Assembly (NCBI RefSeq): GCF_018350175.1
Contig: NC_058369.1
Coordinates: forward strand, 24,244,001-24,308,000
Direction: 5' to 3'
DNA from: Felis catus
Lineage: Eukaryota
DNA: 64,000 nt
The first letter of the stretch is position 1; each line of letters opens with the position of its first letter. The notes under the pieces were generated by a model that worked only from the letters and a program-made list of their open reading frames with translations, searched no databases and was not told the origin of the DNA. Below are positions 38,791-51,889 of this stretch, one piece after another. Made by a program: the position numbers and the translations under genes.

Positions 38791-40218
38791 CTGAGCAATG
38801 TCCAGAAAACCCTCAGATCATCCTGCCTTGTCAGGCCAAGACAATGTCATGTCTGTGACAATCTATTTGTCATGTGACAATCTTTCCTTCACCTGGAGTC
38901 AAACTCTTTTGAAAAACCTGTCTGTAAAGGACGCAAGGTTTGGTCTGATCCATTCCTAAGAGATAATTTATATCTGTTCCCATAAGGCGAGGAAAGGATG
39001 ACATGAAACACCATTAGGTCTCTACAGCTTTCTCAATGTCATAAAGGAATGCTTGCTATGACTTTGTGATGTTTCTCTTGGGAAACAGGAGAAACCTACT
39101 TCTCCATGCCTCAAACAAGAAAAGAAGAATTACAACTCAGTGGCCCCAATGTCAACTATCTCAGATAGAAGAGAAAGATGCAAATCAACAGCACTGACCA
39201 GGTCATGTCCTTGAAGCTGACCTGGAATAAATCTGTGCACTTGGGCTACATCAGCACATAAAACATAAAACATAAAAATCCCTGCCACTGTGGAGCTTAG
39301 ATTCCAGCGAAGGGATAAAGGACAATAAACACAATAATAATTAAATGATAGGAGTATATCGATAGGTAAATTATTATGGGTAAAAAAGAATAAGTGGAAC
39401 AAAGTAAGAAGGATAAAGACTTCTGGGATAGGGGCAAGCCGGCTGCACTGCTGTATAAGGGAGTTGGGCAGCCTCATCAAGAAGGTGACAATACAGGAAA
39501 CACTTGGAGCTGGTGAGGAAGCCTCCCTTCTAATCCATAAAGTACCTAACACTCAGTAAAGGAGCTGCTTAATAAGTATTAGCTGCTATTATAAAATAAT
39601 ATTTACAAGATGATAACAATGACAAAACCTTCTTGGTCTTACTCCCAGGGGGTCTGATAAAGCCACAGAAGTAAACAAAATTAAAAATTTATTGCTTTTC
39701 TTTGCATTATGCTCACACTAAACTCCTCTCTAAATAATTGATTTCTAGTTATCAGATATCCTCAAAGTGAGGGTAAAATCAACATCATTTTCAGAGAAAT
39801 TCTTATAAAACAGATCATCAATTCAGGTTACAATTTCTGTATTAAGATACCCTGGACTTGATAATTAGCTGCCCTTCAGTTATAATTCCCAATACCAAGA
39901 CATACTCTATAAAGTGGTGACTATCCGGAGACCTATCCTGAACCCACCCCTCTCCTTCATACCCTAGGAGACACATACCCTTGAAAGGCAGATGTACAGA
40001 CATATTACAGGTGTCCACAATTATTGTTACCTATGGACTTTCAAGGACTGGCTCTTGGGAAAGTTGTGAAGTTGGAAAAACTTTACCTCCTGATTCACAA
40101 CTTTGCTATTGCTCACCATACCACCCCCCAGGTATCTGGTATCCAGCATGTCCCTAACAACTCTGCCAACCCTAATCACCTCTCTGTAGAAGCAAAGCCA
40201 CTCAGTCCTCTGACTTAA

Positions 40219-40657
40219 TGTGATGGTCAACTTTATGTGTCAATTTGGCAAGGTCACAATGTCCAGATATTGGGTCAAACAGTATTCTAGATGTTTCTGT
40301 GAGAGTGTTTTGGATGAAATTTATATGTCAGTCAGTGGTCTTTGGCAAAAGCAGATTGCTCTCATAATGTGGGTGTACCTCACCCAATCAGCTGAAGGAA
40401 GGCCTAAATTGAACAAAATGCTAATCTCCCCCAAGCAAGAGAAGATTCTCCAGCAGACTGCTTTCAGATTTTATCTGCGACATCAGCTCTTCCTAGTTCA
40501 ACAGCAGATTGCCCCGCACTCAAACTGAAATTCCTCCCTGAGGTTCTAGACTGCCACCTCTTCCATGAGATTTTGGACTTGCCAAGCCTCCAGTCACATG
40601 AGGTGATTCCTTAAAATCTGTCTCTCTCTCTCTCTTTCTCTCTGTCTCTGTCTCTCT

Positions 40658-40701
<44 letters not shown>

Positions 40702-40775
40702 GTGTGTGTGTATGTGTGTGTATAAACACACACATCCTATTGGTTCTGTTTCTCTGAAGAATCCCAACTAATATT
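40219..40775 (+). mobile_element. MLT2-type ERVL solo LTR containing a (TC)n(GT)n compound microsatellite (~40620-40722)
   Basis: tgtgatggtcaactttatgtgtcaatttggc ... cctattggttctgtttctctgaagaatcccaactaata are characteristic MLT2 ends. Strand assignment is conventional. Confidence 0.88.
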
Positions 40776-41414
40776 CTTGGTCTTTCCTTCCCCACACAGA
40801 CATTTGGGTCCGGGGCTTTCCTACCCTGATCTGGAGAAAATAGTTTCCTAAATAATAGAAAACTATTGTTTAGATCATACCCTTTAACATTATCTGATAC
40901 TAGTCTTTCACTGTCTTTGAGCGATTTTGCAACATGGTAAATTATAGATAACTCACAGCAATAAAAATAATTCTTGATTATCATCATACAATTCTGACCT
41001 GAGAAGTTGAAGTTTTTTGACTCACCTCCATATTCGGGGAAAACCAGTTTTATCACCATTTGCAAATCCATTTCAGTATTTCTGATCTACAAATATTTCT
41101 GCTCTCCAGGTTCTCTCTCCAGTTCTAATATCTGACTGGTTCCTTCATCAATTAATGAGTTAAATAAAATCTTTAACACATGTTCATGTTATACCTGTAT
41201 TAGAGTCATAATATTACCATTTTTTTAAATTACCTTTAAATAGGTTTTGTCTCTTCTGCTACACCAGGAATGTCTTAAGTACATTTAGAATGTTTGCTGA
41301 ATGAATGAACAACTGGATAAATGAACTAATAATTGAACATATGTTTTCTCCATGAGCACATAGTGATACTATATACACATAGTAATTAAGAGAAAATCAG
41401 ATGACCTCGGTTCA

Positions 41415-41600
41415 TAACCTATTGCTGCCACTTACTAGCTGCATCACCCATTGTAATTCTCTATACCTTACTTTTCCCATTTGCATAATGGAGACAAAAA
41501 AAATGATTTCAATAGGATTAAAATAAATAATCCATAAACAAGGCTTAGCACTATGCATGGCAGCTCTATAAGTATTCAATAAATTGTACCTATTATCAAC
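41415..41600 (+). mobile_element. MIR
   Basis: ctgccacttactagctg...ttttcccatttgcataatggagac...aggattaaaataaataatccataaac...ttcaataaat. Confidence 0.75.
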
Positions 41601-43219
41601 ATTTTTAAACAGGTTGACCATTTGGACAATTATACACAGTCTGTCTTTCTTCTAGCACTCCCCAGAGTGCCCAGATCCAACAGGTGCTTCATAAAGGCTA
41701 ATGACATTGGTGGTGACCACAACAGCACCAAAGCCTTCTGGCCTGCCAACCTTAATAAAGTGTGTTATCCATTCTTCCAGACCACTGCTGGAGATGTTAC
41801 AGCCTGACCTTCTATTGATCCCAACATCGTCCCAATGGACCTTGTTCCATTGTAATTTATTACAACAGCCAAATTGAATCCACATGACAGTGCTCAGAGC
41901 CAATTCTCATTGAGGTTCTCCCCATCCCCTGCCCCCACCCCCACAGCCCCCAAAGATTTGTGGAGACACTGAATTAGATGATTTACTCAATTCCAGATAT
42001 TATAGCTATTGAATTCCTTTCTTTAATCTTGCACGTCCACCTAGAAAACGATAAAGATGGCCTGGCATGATTTTTTCCATACTCTCGTAAATTTATTATT
42101 AATGTGGAGTCAGTAACCTTTACTTGCCTGCTCAATTCTTCCCAGCCATGGTCTTTATCTTGAGGAATTCAAGTTGCTTGTTGCTACTGACATCTCCTAT
42201 ATTCCTCAAGCCTTTAGTCTCAGTTAGAAAGAGGCAAGTCCAGGAAGATAGCTCTCTGGCTGCAGGTATTACTATACATAAATAACAACAGGACTAAGCA
42301 GATTCTACATGCAAGTTTGCCAAAAGATGTCTGAGCAAATTAGCACCTCCCATGCACTGTAAGGCAATTTTAATGCCTAAAATTGACGTTCTTGATTTTT
42401 CCTTCAATGCAACAGAGGGATGGTGTCTAAGGCCCTTTCCCTGTCACAGCTCTTCACTTTCGTAAGCATTTTGGACATTATTTTCTACCTTCTTCTTCTC
42501 TCCCTGAGTTAGACTAATCCATTTTGACACTCCAATTGGGGGACTTATCTAACCAAAATAGTTTGTCAACTACCATAACACTTAGCACATTCCCTGCTTA
42601 GTTTCCATTTCCTCGAATGTAGACACTCAATAGGAGGGAAGGTACTTTAAAAGATGAATTATTCAAAGAAAAAAAACATTCAGCTTGATGTTCTAAGTGA
42701 AGGTCTGGTGGTACCGATGCGAAAACATAACTAAACCACACAGAAATGCACAACAAATGTTTGGACTATAAACGGAAATGAAATATCAAACCAAAGGAAA
42801 CAATTATAGTTCCTCAAGAGTTTAGAGTATAAAATGGCAAATAACATATATTTCGTTATGACAATTGCCATGTTTACCATAGATTTAAGTTAAAGTTATT
42901 GTAAATGGAGCAAATATATATATTACTTCGGATGCTTAACTACGTTCTGTTCTGTCAACTGTTATGAAAACTTTTTTAAAGAAAGGTTTAAAATAAGACA
43001 AAGGAAAATGTGCTGATATGTACATGGGTATAAACATGCAATACTGTGACCAAGTTAAATTAGCGAATAAATGTTTCATGTTATTTATAGAAGGTTTTTC
43101 TTTCATATTATAAACCATAAATCTAAATTTTCCTTATGGTTAAATATTTATTTTTTTCATTGTATTATGTAATAAAAATGGATAAATATTCTATTATAGA
43201 CTTAAGAGATTCCATTTTT

Positions 43220-43359
43220 TTAAGTTTTTTACTTAAATTCCTGTTAGTTAATGTACAGTGTCATATTAGCTTCAGGTGTACAATATAGTGATTCAACCCT
43301 TCCATACATAACCTGGTGCTCATTACAAGTGCCCTCCTTAATCCCTATCACCTATTTAA
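43220..43359 (-). mobile_element. Carnivore L1 extreme 3' fragment (~140 bp)
   Basis: Similar to 2710-2850. Perfect 16-bp TSD aagagattccattttt at 43204-43219 and 43360-43375. Confidence 0.9.
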
Positions 43360-43424
43360 AAGAGATTCCATTTTTAAAAATCTAATTGCACTTTTTTAAG
43401 AAATAAAAAGCTATTTTGCTATTT

Positions 43425-43710
43425 CTATTTGTTTATTTATTTATCTTACTTGAGAGAGAGAGCATGAACTGGTGAGAGGAGCAGAAAAAGAGGGGAGAGG
43501 GAGATGGGGGAGAGAGGAAGAGGCGGGGGGAGAGAGGAAGAGGCGGGGGGAGAGAGGGAGAGAGAGAGAGAATATGAATGAATCCCAAGCAGGCTCCACG
43601 CTCAGCATGGAGCCTGATGTGGGGCTGGATTCCATGACCCAGGAATCATGCATGACCTGAGCTGAAATTAAGAGTCAAACACTCAACTTACTGAGCCACC
43701 CAGGTGCCCC
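43425..43710 (-). mobile_element. CAN-SINE with an expanded purine tract
   Basis: Head ends ...caggtgcccc at 43710. Internal ~20-bp tandem duplication gagagaggaagaggcggggg. Confidence 0.9.
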
Positions 43711-43794
43711 TATTTCATTATTTCTTTTAAAGAAAGATATATAATATGGTACTTACATGTAAACTATTTAAAATAAAGTCGTACTGTGCTTTTA

Positions 43795-43997
43795 TTTTTT
43801 TTTTAATGTTTATTTTCGGGAGAGAGAGAGAACACGTGTAAGCGAGCAGGGGAGGGGCAGAGAGGGAGAATTCAAAGCAGGCTCCAGGCTCTGAGCTGTC
43901 AGCACAGAGCCTGACACGGGGCTTGAACCCATGAACCATGAGATCATGACCTGAGCCGAAGTCAGATGCTTAACCGACTGAGCCACCCAGGTGCCCC
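43795..43997 (-). mobile_element. CAN-SINE (SINEC_Fc-like)
   Basis: TSD gtactgtgc(t/c)ttt at ~43781 and ~43999. Confidence 0.93.
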
Positions 43998-44061
43998 AGT
44001 ACTGTGCCTTTATAAATAAAAGATAAACAGGATAGATAACAAATGATAAATGCATTATTTT

Positions 44062-44258
44062 AATGTTTTTTTTAATTGAGAAAGAGAGACACTTGACTGG
44101 GGGGAGGAGAAGAGGGAGAGGGAGAGAGAGAACCCCAAGCAGGCTCTGTGCTGACAGCACAGAGCCTGGTGCAGGACTCATTCTCACATACTGTGAGATC
44201 ATGACCTCACCGAAATCAAGAGTCGAACACTCAACAAACTGAGTCACCCAGGAGCCCC
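44062..44258 (-). mobile_element. CAN-SINE
   Basis: Head ggggctcctgggtgactcag on minus, GA tract, T-tail. Confidence 0.9.
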
Positions 44259-45004
44259 AAAAAGCACTCTTTCTAACTCAGGCTTGAGAGCAAACCATAC
44301 ACCTCTGCACATTTCAGAAACCTAGTGTGAGCTTTCTGTGGGGATCTGGTGCTCACTAACCTCATGAGGAATTGGCCAATTACCATGTTATCTGCTCCGG
44401 GGATGAAAGTGACATCTATGACACCTGCTGGCCACTCTCTAAACCAGTGCTCATGATAAATGCTAGAAAATGGTGGTAGATTTACACAAACTCACCCCTA
44501 TTACAAAATAAAAATAATGATAGAAGATCTTTTCTTCTAATTCTAAACACAAAACAGTATTGGTTTTCCTTCTAAAAATAATTTAATGTCATCCTTTCAA
44601 CACAACATATCACACCACACAAACATGCACACACAAACTCCACACACCTCTCCCTGCCCTTCAGGGGCTTTTCCTCAAGTCCTTCACCAGAAGATTTACC
44701 CTATCTGATTTCCAATATAACTTTGCTAGTTTAACATCAAGGCTCTGGGTTCTGCGCTTAACTCTGACTTAAGCTCACCTGGGATAATGCATGTGATTTC
44801 TGGCTCTCAGAAACCTCACCTTCTCAACTAAAGCCAAGTTGGACTAGGCTGTCTCTCAAGTCTTCCTTGGCACTAACATCTTGCACTGTTGCAACTCTGG
44901 CTTCAGGACGACCTCAGGGATAAGTGACCCAGGTGGCTATAATACAGAATGTTTCATAAATAATAGGAGTTATCTTTAAAAGTATTATCTTTAGAATGAA
45001 CAAT

Positions 45005-45320
45005 TGATAAAAGCTATAACATGGATGAATTTCAAATGCATTATGCTAAGTGAAAGAAGCCAGATGTGACATACTATATACGTATATAATTATATACTGT
45101 ATAATTCCATTTCTATGACATTCTGGAAAAGGTCAAAACTATGGGAAGAAGGGTTGACTGCAGAGGGGGCAGCACAACGGAGGTCTCTGAGATGAATGAC
45201 CTGTCCTTTATCATGATTGTGAAGGTAGTTATACAAGTATGCACTTTTGTCAAAACCCATAGAAATGTACAACACAAAGAGTGAGTTTTACTGCATGCAA
45301 ATTTAAAAATCAATTTTAAA
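45005..45320 (+). mobile_element. Ancient L1M 3'UTR fragment
   Basis: aacatggatgaatttcaaatgcattatgctaagtgaaagaagccaga...tttgtcaaaacccatagaa. Confidence 0.8.
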
Positions 45321-47750
45321 TGATCTTTATGAAGTAATTCCACTTTCTTTCCAAGTTCTTTGAAAGAGTTGATAGATCTAGCATTTACATTCAAATTTTT
45401 AGATGAAATAATTTTGTTGTGCACCAACAGTGTTGGGCACTTTGTTCACTGAACAAAGACCACTCGAAAACCTAGTATGTTGAAAAGAATTGAGACAGAA
45501 AGTGAGATGTGAGCTTATCCTCATTCTAAAGATAGGGAAAATGAGGCAGAGAAAATGTAAGTAACTTTGCTTAAGTTTAAAAAGCCCATAAGCTAAGATT
45601 CAAAGCCAGGCCTGTCACAGTCCATGTTCTTAACAAATTAATTCTATTGATGCATGCATGTATATGTACATGTATATGTATATGTGTATGTATAAACTTT
45701 TAAAAATGAAAATAGAGTCATACTGTGGTGGTAAGGGTATGAGAAAACAGGCATCTTCTGATCATTTTCTGTATATACATATCAGAAGCTGTTTATCTCA
45801 ATCAACAAAATAATTTGAATATCTTTCTGTTATCATTGAATATTCTTCTATAAAAATTTTCTATTGGCAACATTTCCACATAGAAATATATCATCATTTA
45901 TTTAGCCACTCCTCTACTTTATAATATTTTCACTGATCAGAAAAAAAACAAAACTAAACTAAAGAACCATGTGATGAATAAGGCTGTGGTTACATCTATG
46001 CCTACATCCTTAATTTTTCCTTAGGATGAATTCCCAGGTGAAGAATCAGTAAATGGCAGCTTTGGTCAACTGCCCCACATTTGTCTGTCCCCAGCTACCT
46101 CACATTTTATACCTGCTTCTATCTCTTTCAAAGAATATTCCCCTGTAAGCTCCAATTAAAAGTTGGTAACATGGAATAGCAAAGGATCCTTGCCTCTATT
46201 TTCGCCTTTCCACCTGGCCACCCTTGTCTATTCCTCCAGCTACTCACAAATTCACAAACATTCATAATGTGGAGAAAGCCTTGGTTTATATGTATGCTAC
46301 CCTTCATATATTTTTGTAAGAGCATCATATGCAACCTAAAAAAATGTAACTTCATATTTTAATACTACAGAAAGAAATATCTCCACCCCAAGTCAATAAG
46401 TACTATTCATTTGAGTATAGCCTGTTTGCTTAACTTTGCCCCATTCAAACTTTACTCATAAGAACGGTTAGCAGAATGCAGTAGAACTTGGGAAGACCTC
46501 ACCCTTGGGAACAAATGACTTACTTCCCATTGCACCAAGAGGAATGTCTGAGGCAAATAAATAAAGCCCTGAAAAGAAGTATACCTTGTTCAACCCTATC
46601 AAATAATTTGGAATATATTTTTTAAAAATTTCAGTTGCCATGAAGATTGTTGTATGATAGAATTGCTTCCAAGCTATATTCATTTGTGATCTACACCAGA
46701 GCTCATCAAACTATATAGCTCATGGGACAAATCTGGTGTACAGCCTGTTTTTGTAAATAAAGTTTTATTGGAACACAACCTTCCTATTTGTTTATTTGCT
46801 CTGAATCTCACCAGAACTTTGGACAGATTTGTTATTTAATCTATTTTTAATTTTATTCTACATTTCAATTTTCCAGCTAACCCTTATTAATAAGCACCTA
46901 CCACAGGCCAAGCACTGTGCTTCCTACTAGGACTAAAAACATAAGTAATACCCAGTTACTTCCTTTGCTGAACCCAGGGTTTAATAAGGAAAAAGACACA
47001 AACATATTAATTATACAATCTGAAATAGTATAATATGAAAACTAATAATGGCTCACTCATATATTTTGAAATAATGCAAATCCCATTACAATTATAACAT
47101 TTCATCAAAATTCCCATAGTTTCTAAGCTAAGTAGCCAAAGTCATTGGAAACTGCTTTTATTACAGTTACCACCATACCACTTTAGTGGGCCAACACTCC
47201 TTGTCAGTATCCTGTGAACTCTACTACTATTTACTTACTTATGGATTTCTGTAGCAGGTTTGTTACTACTGACAGTTATTTTAATATGTACTTGTATTGG
47301 GTTTTCTCTTGCTGTGTAACAAAAGACTGCCAATTTAGTGGCTTGAAACAACTTCCACTTATCAGCTCACAGTTCTATGGGCCAAAAGTCCAGAAGTCCA
47401 GCACTGTCTGGCTGGGGTTTCTGTTCAGGAAATCACAAGAAAGAAATCAGGGTATAAGCCAGAATGAGTATTTCCCCGGAGGCTCTACAGAAATATCCAC
47501 TTCCAAGCTTACTCTTGATATTGGCAAAATTTAGCTCTTGTGGTCTCAGGATTGAGGTCCTTGCTTCCTTGGTGGATGTTAGCAGGAACCACTCACAGCC
47601 CAGGGGCTGCCCCAATTCCTGGCCACATAGCCCCCTCTATCTTCAATCAACAGTACAGAACTACTCACATAGTAAGTCCTCCTCATATTTTGAATCTCAG
47701 ACATTCCTGTTTCTGACTTTAGGACTCAGATTTTATTTATTTTTATTTCT

Positions 47751-47963
47751 TTTTTTTTTTTCCAACGTTTATTTATTTTTGGGACAGAGAGACAGAGCAT
47801 GAACAGGGGAGGGGCAGAGAGAGAGGGAGACACAGAATCGGAAACAGGCTCCAGGCTCTGAGCCATCAGCCCAGAGCCCGACGCGGGGCTCGAACTCCCG
47901 GACCGCGAGATCGTGACCTGGCTGAAGTCGGACGCTTAACCGACTGCGCCACCCAGGCGCCCC
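47751..47963 (-). mobile_element. Young CAN-SINE (SINEC_Fc)
   Basis: Perfect 17-bp TSD tatttatttttatttct at 47734-47750 and 47964-47980. Confidence 0.96.
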
Positions 47964-48175
47964 TATTTATTTTTATTTCTATTTTATTTTATTTTTTATG
48001 ATCATGGAGTACTTTATTGTTTTCCATAGTATAAGGCACTTGTTTTGTAATGTGTTTTTTTCTTTTAAAGAAAAGCAATCATAAGTGAATGCATTGGTAA
48101 TTATCTATTATCAGAGTGAGACACACTCATCTACAAAATTATTTTCTAACTTCTTCTGAACAAACCGCCATTTTA

Positions 48176-48403
48176 TTTATTTTTTTTTTAATTTTTTTTC
48201 CAACGTTTATTTATTTTTGGGACAGAGAGAGACAGAGCATGAACGGGGGAGGGGCAGAGAGAGAGGGAGACACAGAATCGGAAACAGGCTCCAGGCTCTG
48301 AGCCATCAGCCCAGAGCCTGACGCGGGGCTCGAACTCACGGACTGTGAGATCGTGACCTGGCTGAAGTCGGACGCTTAACCGACTGCGCCACCCAGGCGC
48401 CCC
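48176..48403 (-). mobile_element. Young CAN-SINE (SINEC_Fc)
   Basis: Perfect 16-bp TSD acaaaccgccatttta at 48160-48175 and 48404-48419. Confidence 0.96.
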
Positions 48404-48718
48404 ACAAACCGCCATTTTAAAGGGCTCATGTGACTAGGTCAAACCCACTCAAAAATCTTTCTTAAAGTCAACTATGCCATATGACATCATATAATAATGG
48501 GTTAAATCTATCATATGCACAGTTCTCGGCATTATTCAGAAAATGGACACTAGGGAGGTAGGAAATCTTGGGGGCCATCTTAGAATTCTACCTACCATAA
48601 CACTGTTGTTAGAATTGTAAATTACTTTTATAAACTATAATTATATCATCCAAGAGCTGATTATGTGTTGGTGTTATTGCTAGTCTCAAAATCAGCAATC
48701 TAAAAAGGAGGTATGACA

Positions 48719-49946
48719 CTTTCTTACACCATACACAAAAATAAACTCAAAATGGATGAAAGACCTCAATGTAAGACAGGAAGCCATCAAAATCCTTGAG
48801 GAGAAAGCAGGCAAAAACTTCTTTGATCTTGCCTGCAGCAACTTCTTACTCAACATGTCTCCAGAGGCAAGGGAAACAAAAGCAAAAATGAACTACTGGG
48901 ACCTCATCGAAATAAAAAACTTCTGCACAGCGAAGGAAACAATCAGCAAAACTAAAAGGCAACCAACAAAATGGGAGAAGATATTTGCAAATGACATATC
49001 AGATAAAGGGTTAGTATCCAAAATCTACAAAGAACTTATCAAACTCAACACCCAAATAACAAATAATCCAGTGAAGAAACGTGCAAAAGACATGAATAGA
49101 CACGTCTCCAAAGAAAACATCCAGATGGCCAACCAACACATGAAAAAATGCTCAACATCACTCATCATCAGGGAAATACAAATCAAAACCACAATGAGAT
49201 ACCACCTCACACCTGTCAGAATGGCTAACGTTAACAACTCAGGCAACAACAGATGTTGGCGAGGATGCAGAAAAAGAGGATCTCTTTTGCATTGTTGGTG
49301 GGAATGCAAGCTGGTACAGCCACTCTGGAAAACAGTATGGAGGTTCCTCAAAAAACTAAAAATAGAAGTACCCTATAACCCAGCAATTGCACTACTAGGC
49401 ATTTATCCAAGGGATACAGGTGTGCTGTTTTGAAGGGACACATGCACCCCTATGTTTATAGCAGCACTATCAACAATAGCCAAAGTATGGAAAGAGCCCA
49501 AATGTCCATCGATGGATGAATGGATAAAGAAGGTGTGGTATATATATACAATGGAGTATTGCTCGGCAATCAAAAAGAATGAAATCTTGCCATTTGCAAC
49601 TATGTGGATGGAACTGGAGGGTATTATGCTAAGTGAAACTAGTCAGTCAGAGAAAGGCAAAAATCATATGACTTCACTCATATGAGTACTTTAAGAGACA
49701 AAACAGATGAACATAAGGGAAGGGAAACAAAAATAATATAAAAACAGGGAAGGGGACAAAACAGAAGAGACTCTTAAATATGGAGAACAAACTGAGGGTT
49801 GCTGGAGGGGTTGTGGGAGGGGGGATGTGCTAAATGGGTAAGGGGCATTAAGGAGTCTACTCCTGAAATCATTGCTTCACTATATGCTAACTAATTTGGA
49901 TGTAAATTTTAAAAAATAAAAAATAAAGTTACAAAAAAAAAAAAAG
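48719..49946 (+). mobile_element. 5'-truncated felid L1 (ORF2 C-terminus, 3'UTR, poly-A)
   Basis: ORFs 48756..49433 and 49452..49685 are ORF2 C-terminal peptides separated by one stop (tga at 49431, probably CGA decay). 17-bp TSD aaaaaggaggtatgaca at 48702-48718 and 49947-49963. Confidence 0.97.
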
Positions 49947-51889
49947 AAAAAGGAGGTATGACAAAAGGACAAAATGTTCTGATGAAGGCCCCAAAGTGCT
50001 ATACACTATGCCATTAATTTAGAATTCAGCTACTGTGAAAATAGTCTTTTTAAAGCAGTTACTTCTTTTAGTTTGCAAAAGGTGCAGTATAACCAAGTTA
50101 AGGATAAAAGAACAACATGGCAATGAGACTATAGTATCAGAAAAGTATTAAGGTGCCCATTACCCGCAATGACTGTGGCATTATATGCCCCAAGAACACA
50201 TCATCCCTAATTTGCAGTTATTCTTATGGGAAACTTAGATACATACTACAAAAGTTGTGAATTATGAACTTCTCTGCACAATACACCACGATAAATGCTA
50301 ATACAGATATGTGCAAACTCTTCATAACAAAGCAGAATTCGTTGCCAAACACAGGATAAGTAAAAAAGACAGACAGAAGACTTTCCTTCCCACATAAATA
50401 AGGTTGATTTAAATCAAATGGCCTGGGGAGTATGTGGGAAGAAGGACGGAATCATCTCCAGACTGAAATATGTAAAAGCTCAACCACCTCTAATCCCATA
50501 TCACAAAACAACAACAGCTGGCAGCTGAGATTGACAGATGTGTCAAGATGCCTGTATCCATTAGGGTAGCAGCCACTGTCAGGATACTCTAAGCATTTTT
50601 ATCTTAAATCTTCAAGGGATTTTACAGGTAATTATAAACAAACCTTTAAAAATCCATCATGCTGAAATTGAGTACAGAAAATAAGATCTTAACCCAGAAG
50701 CAAATATTTATTTAAAAGAGAATTTGCCTCCTCTGGCTCAGGCTCAGCTTTCTTGTTGAATAAGAATCAGTTCTCAGCATGATCTGGCCCTGAACTGCAT
50801 TTTGAAATAACACAGATAATCACTCCTGCCACTTGCAAGTCACAAGGGATTGGAAGAGAACATTTATAATATAGAAGTCAAAATGACTCTCAAACCTTAA
50901 TTATAAAATATATTTAATTGCTAGAAGACACAGAGAATAGAAAAACTTCTAACTGTGAAATCTGTTTCCTAATGGGGCAAGGGAGTGTGGTCCATCTATA
51001 TTAAATTACTTTTACTTCTTATTCCACCAAATGCACTGTGCTGCCTCTTCCAGCCAAATCTTTGCAAATGGTATTCTCACTGCTTTGACTGGACAACACC
51101 TCCTAATCCCTCAGCTCTTGATTTAGTCATCAACTTTTCCAGTGGCCATCTCTACTCTCAATAGGTGAGGAGCCCCTTCTCTGTGCACCATGCACCTGGC
51201 TGGCATTGCACACAACACTTACTGCCCTGTAATTGAATCTTTAGTGTTGTTTTGTTTTTTCTATGAGTGTGAGCTCATAGAAAGCAGAAATTTTCTTCAA
51301 TAGCCTATGTATCCCCCAGTGCCTGCAGAGCATCCAGATCATTACAATGCTGAACGTGTTTTGTTGGATGACTGGATGGTACAACGAAAAGGAAGGCAAA
51401 CTGGGCAGAATAGAGTGATGGCGCCCAAGGCCTCAGATGTCACAGGGGAATGGAAAGAAGAAAAAGGAAAAGTGTCACCAGAGCGCAGGCCCTGTCACTA
51501 ATTAGCTCTGTGACTCTAAACAAGTCACTTTTTCTCTCAGGACTTCTCAGTCCTGAGTGGAAAGAATGAAAAGACCTGACCAGAAGGGCCCATCAAGTAT
51601 CTCCCAGGTTTTCTGTTCTCTCATATCTGTCTTTAGGATTGTCCACGCTTCATCAGCATACCTACTTTTACGTATCTTTTAAAGTCCGATCACATAGGGT
51701 TGTGTCCAAAAGAGCCAGGGAGTAGAAAGATGCAGCTAATTGAAGACCGTAACTATAGCTCCTGAATGCATGCATGAATGAATGAGCAGGCTTCTTGAAA
51801 TCTCTTTAGAAGGTGAACTTTTTAGTTCTTTTGACAAGATATCATTTTATGAATATCATCTCTAAGAGAATGGCAACTTCAAATTTCTT

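Larger units (their letters stand above)
47293..48600 (+). mobile_element. MaLR (MLT1-type) solo LTR split by a ~680-bp composite insertion
   Basis: Left part 47293-47733 ends ggactcagattt. Right part resumes ttaaagggctcatgtgactagg (~48417) and ends tagaattctacctacca. Colinear with the uninterrupted LTR at 16531-17115. Confidence 0.82.

Noticed and set aside
40520..41071. 183-aa minus-strand ORF
   Set aside because: Runs through the MLT2 LTR and its microsatellite (HTHT/ERET repeats); no protein resemblance.
41026..41086. Possible cryptic 61-nt exon (tttgtag|ATC...GAG|gtgagt)
   Set aside because: Good donor but purine-rich acceptor, frameshifting length and no supporting homology.
48756..49685. 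Longest ORF (225 aa) plus the following 77-aa ORF as a gene
   Set aside because: C-terminal fragment of L1 ORF2 in a 5'-truncated copy with a premature stop.
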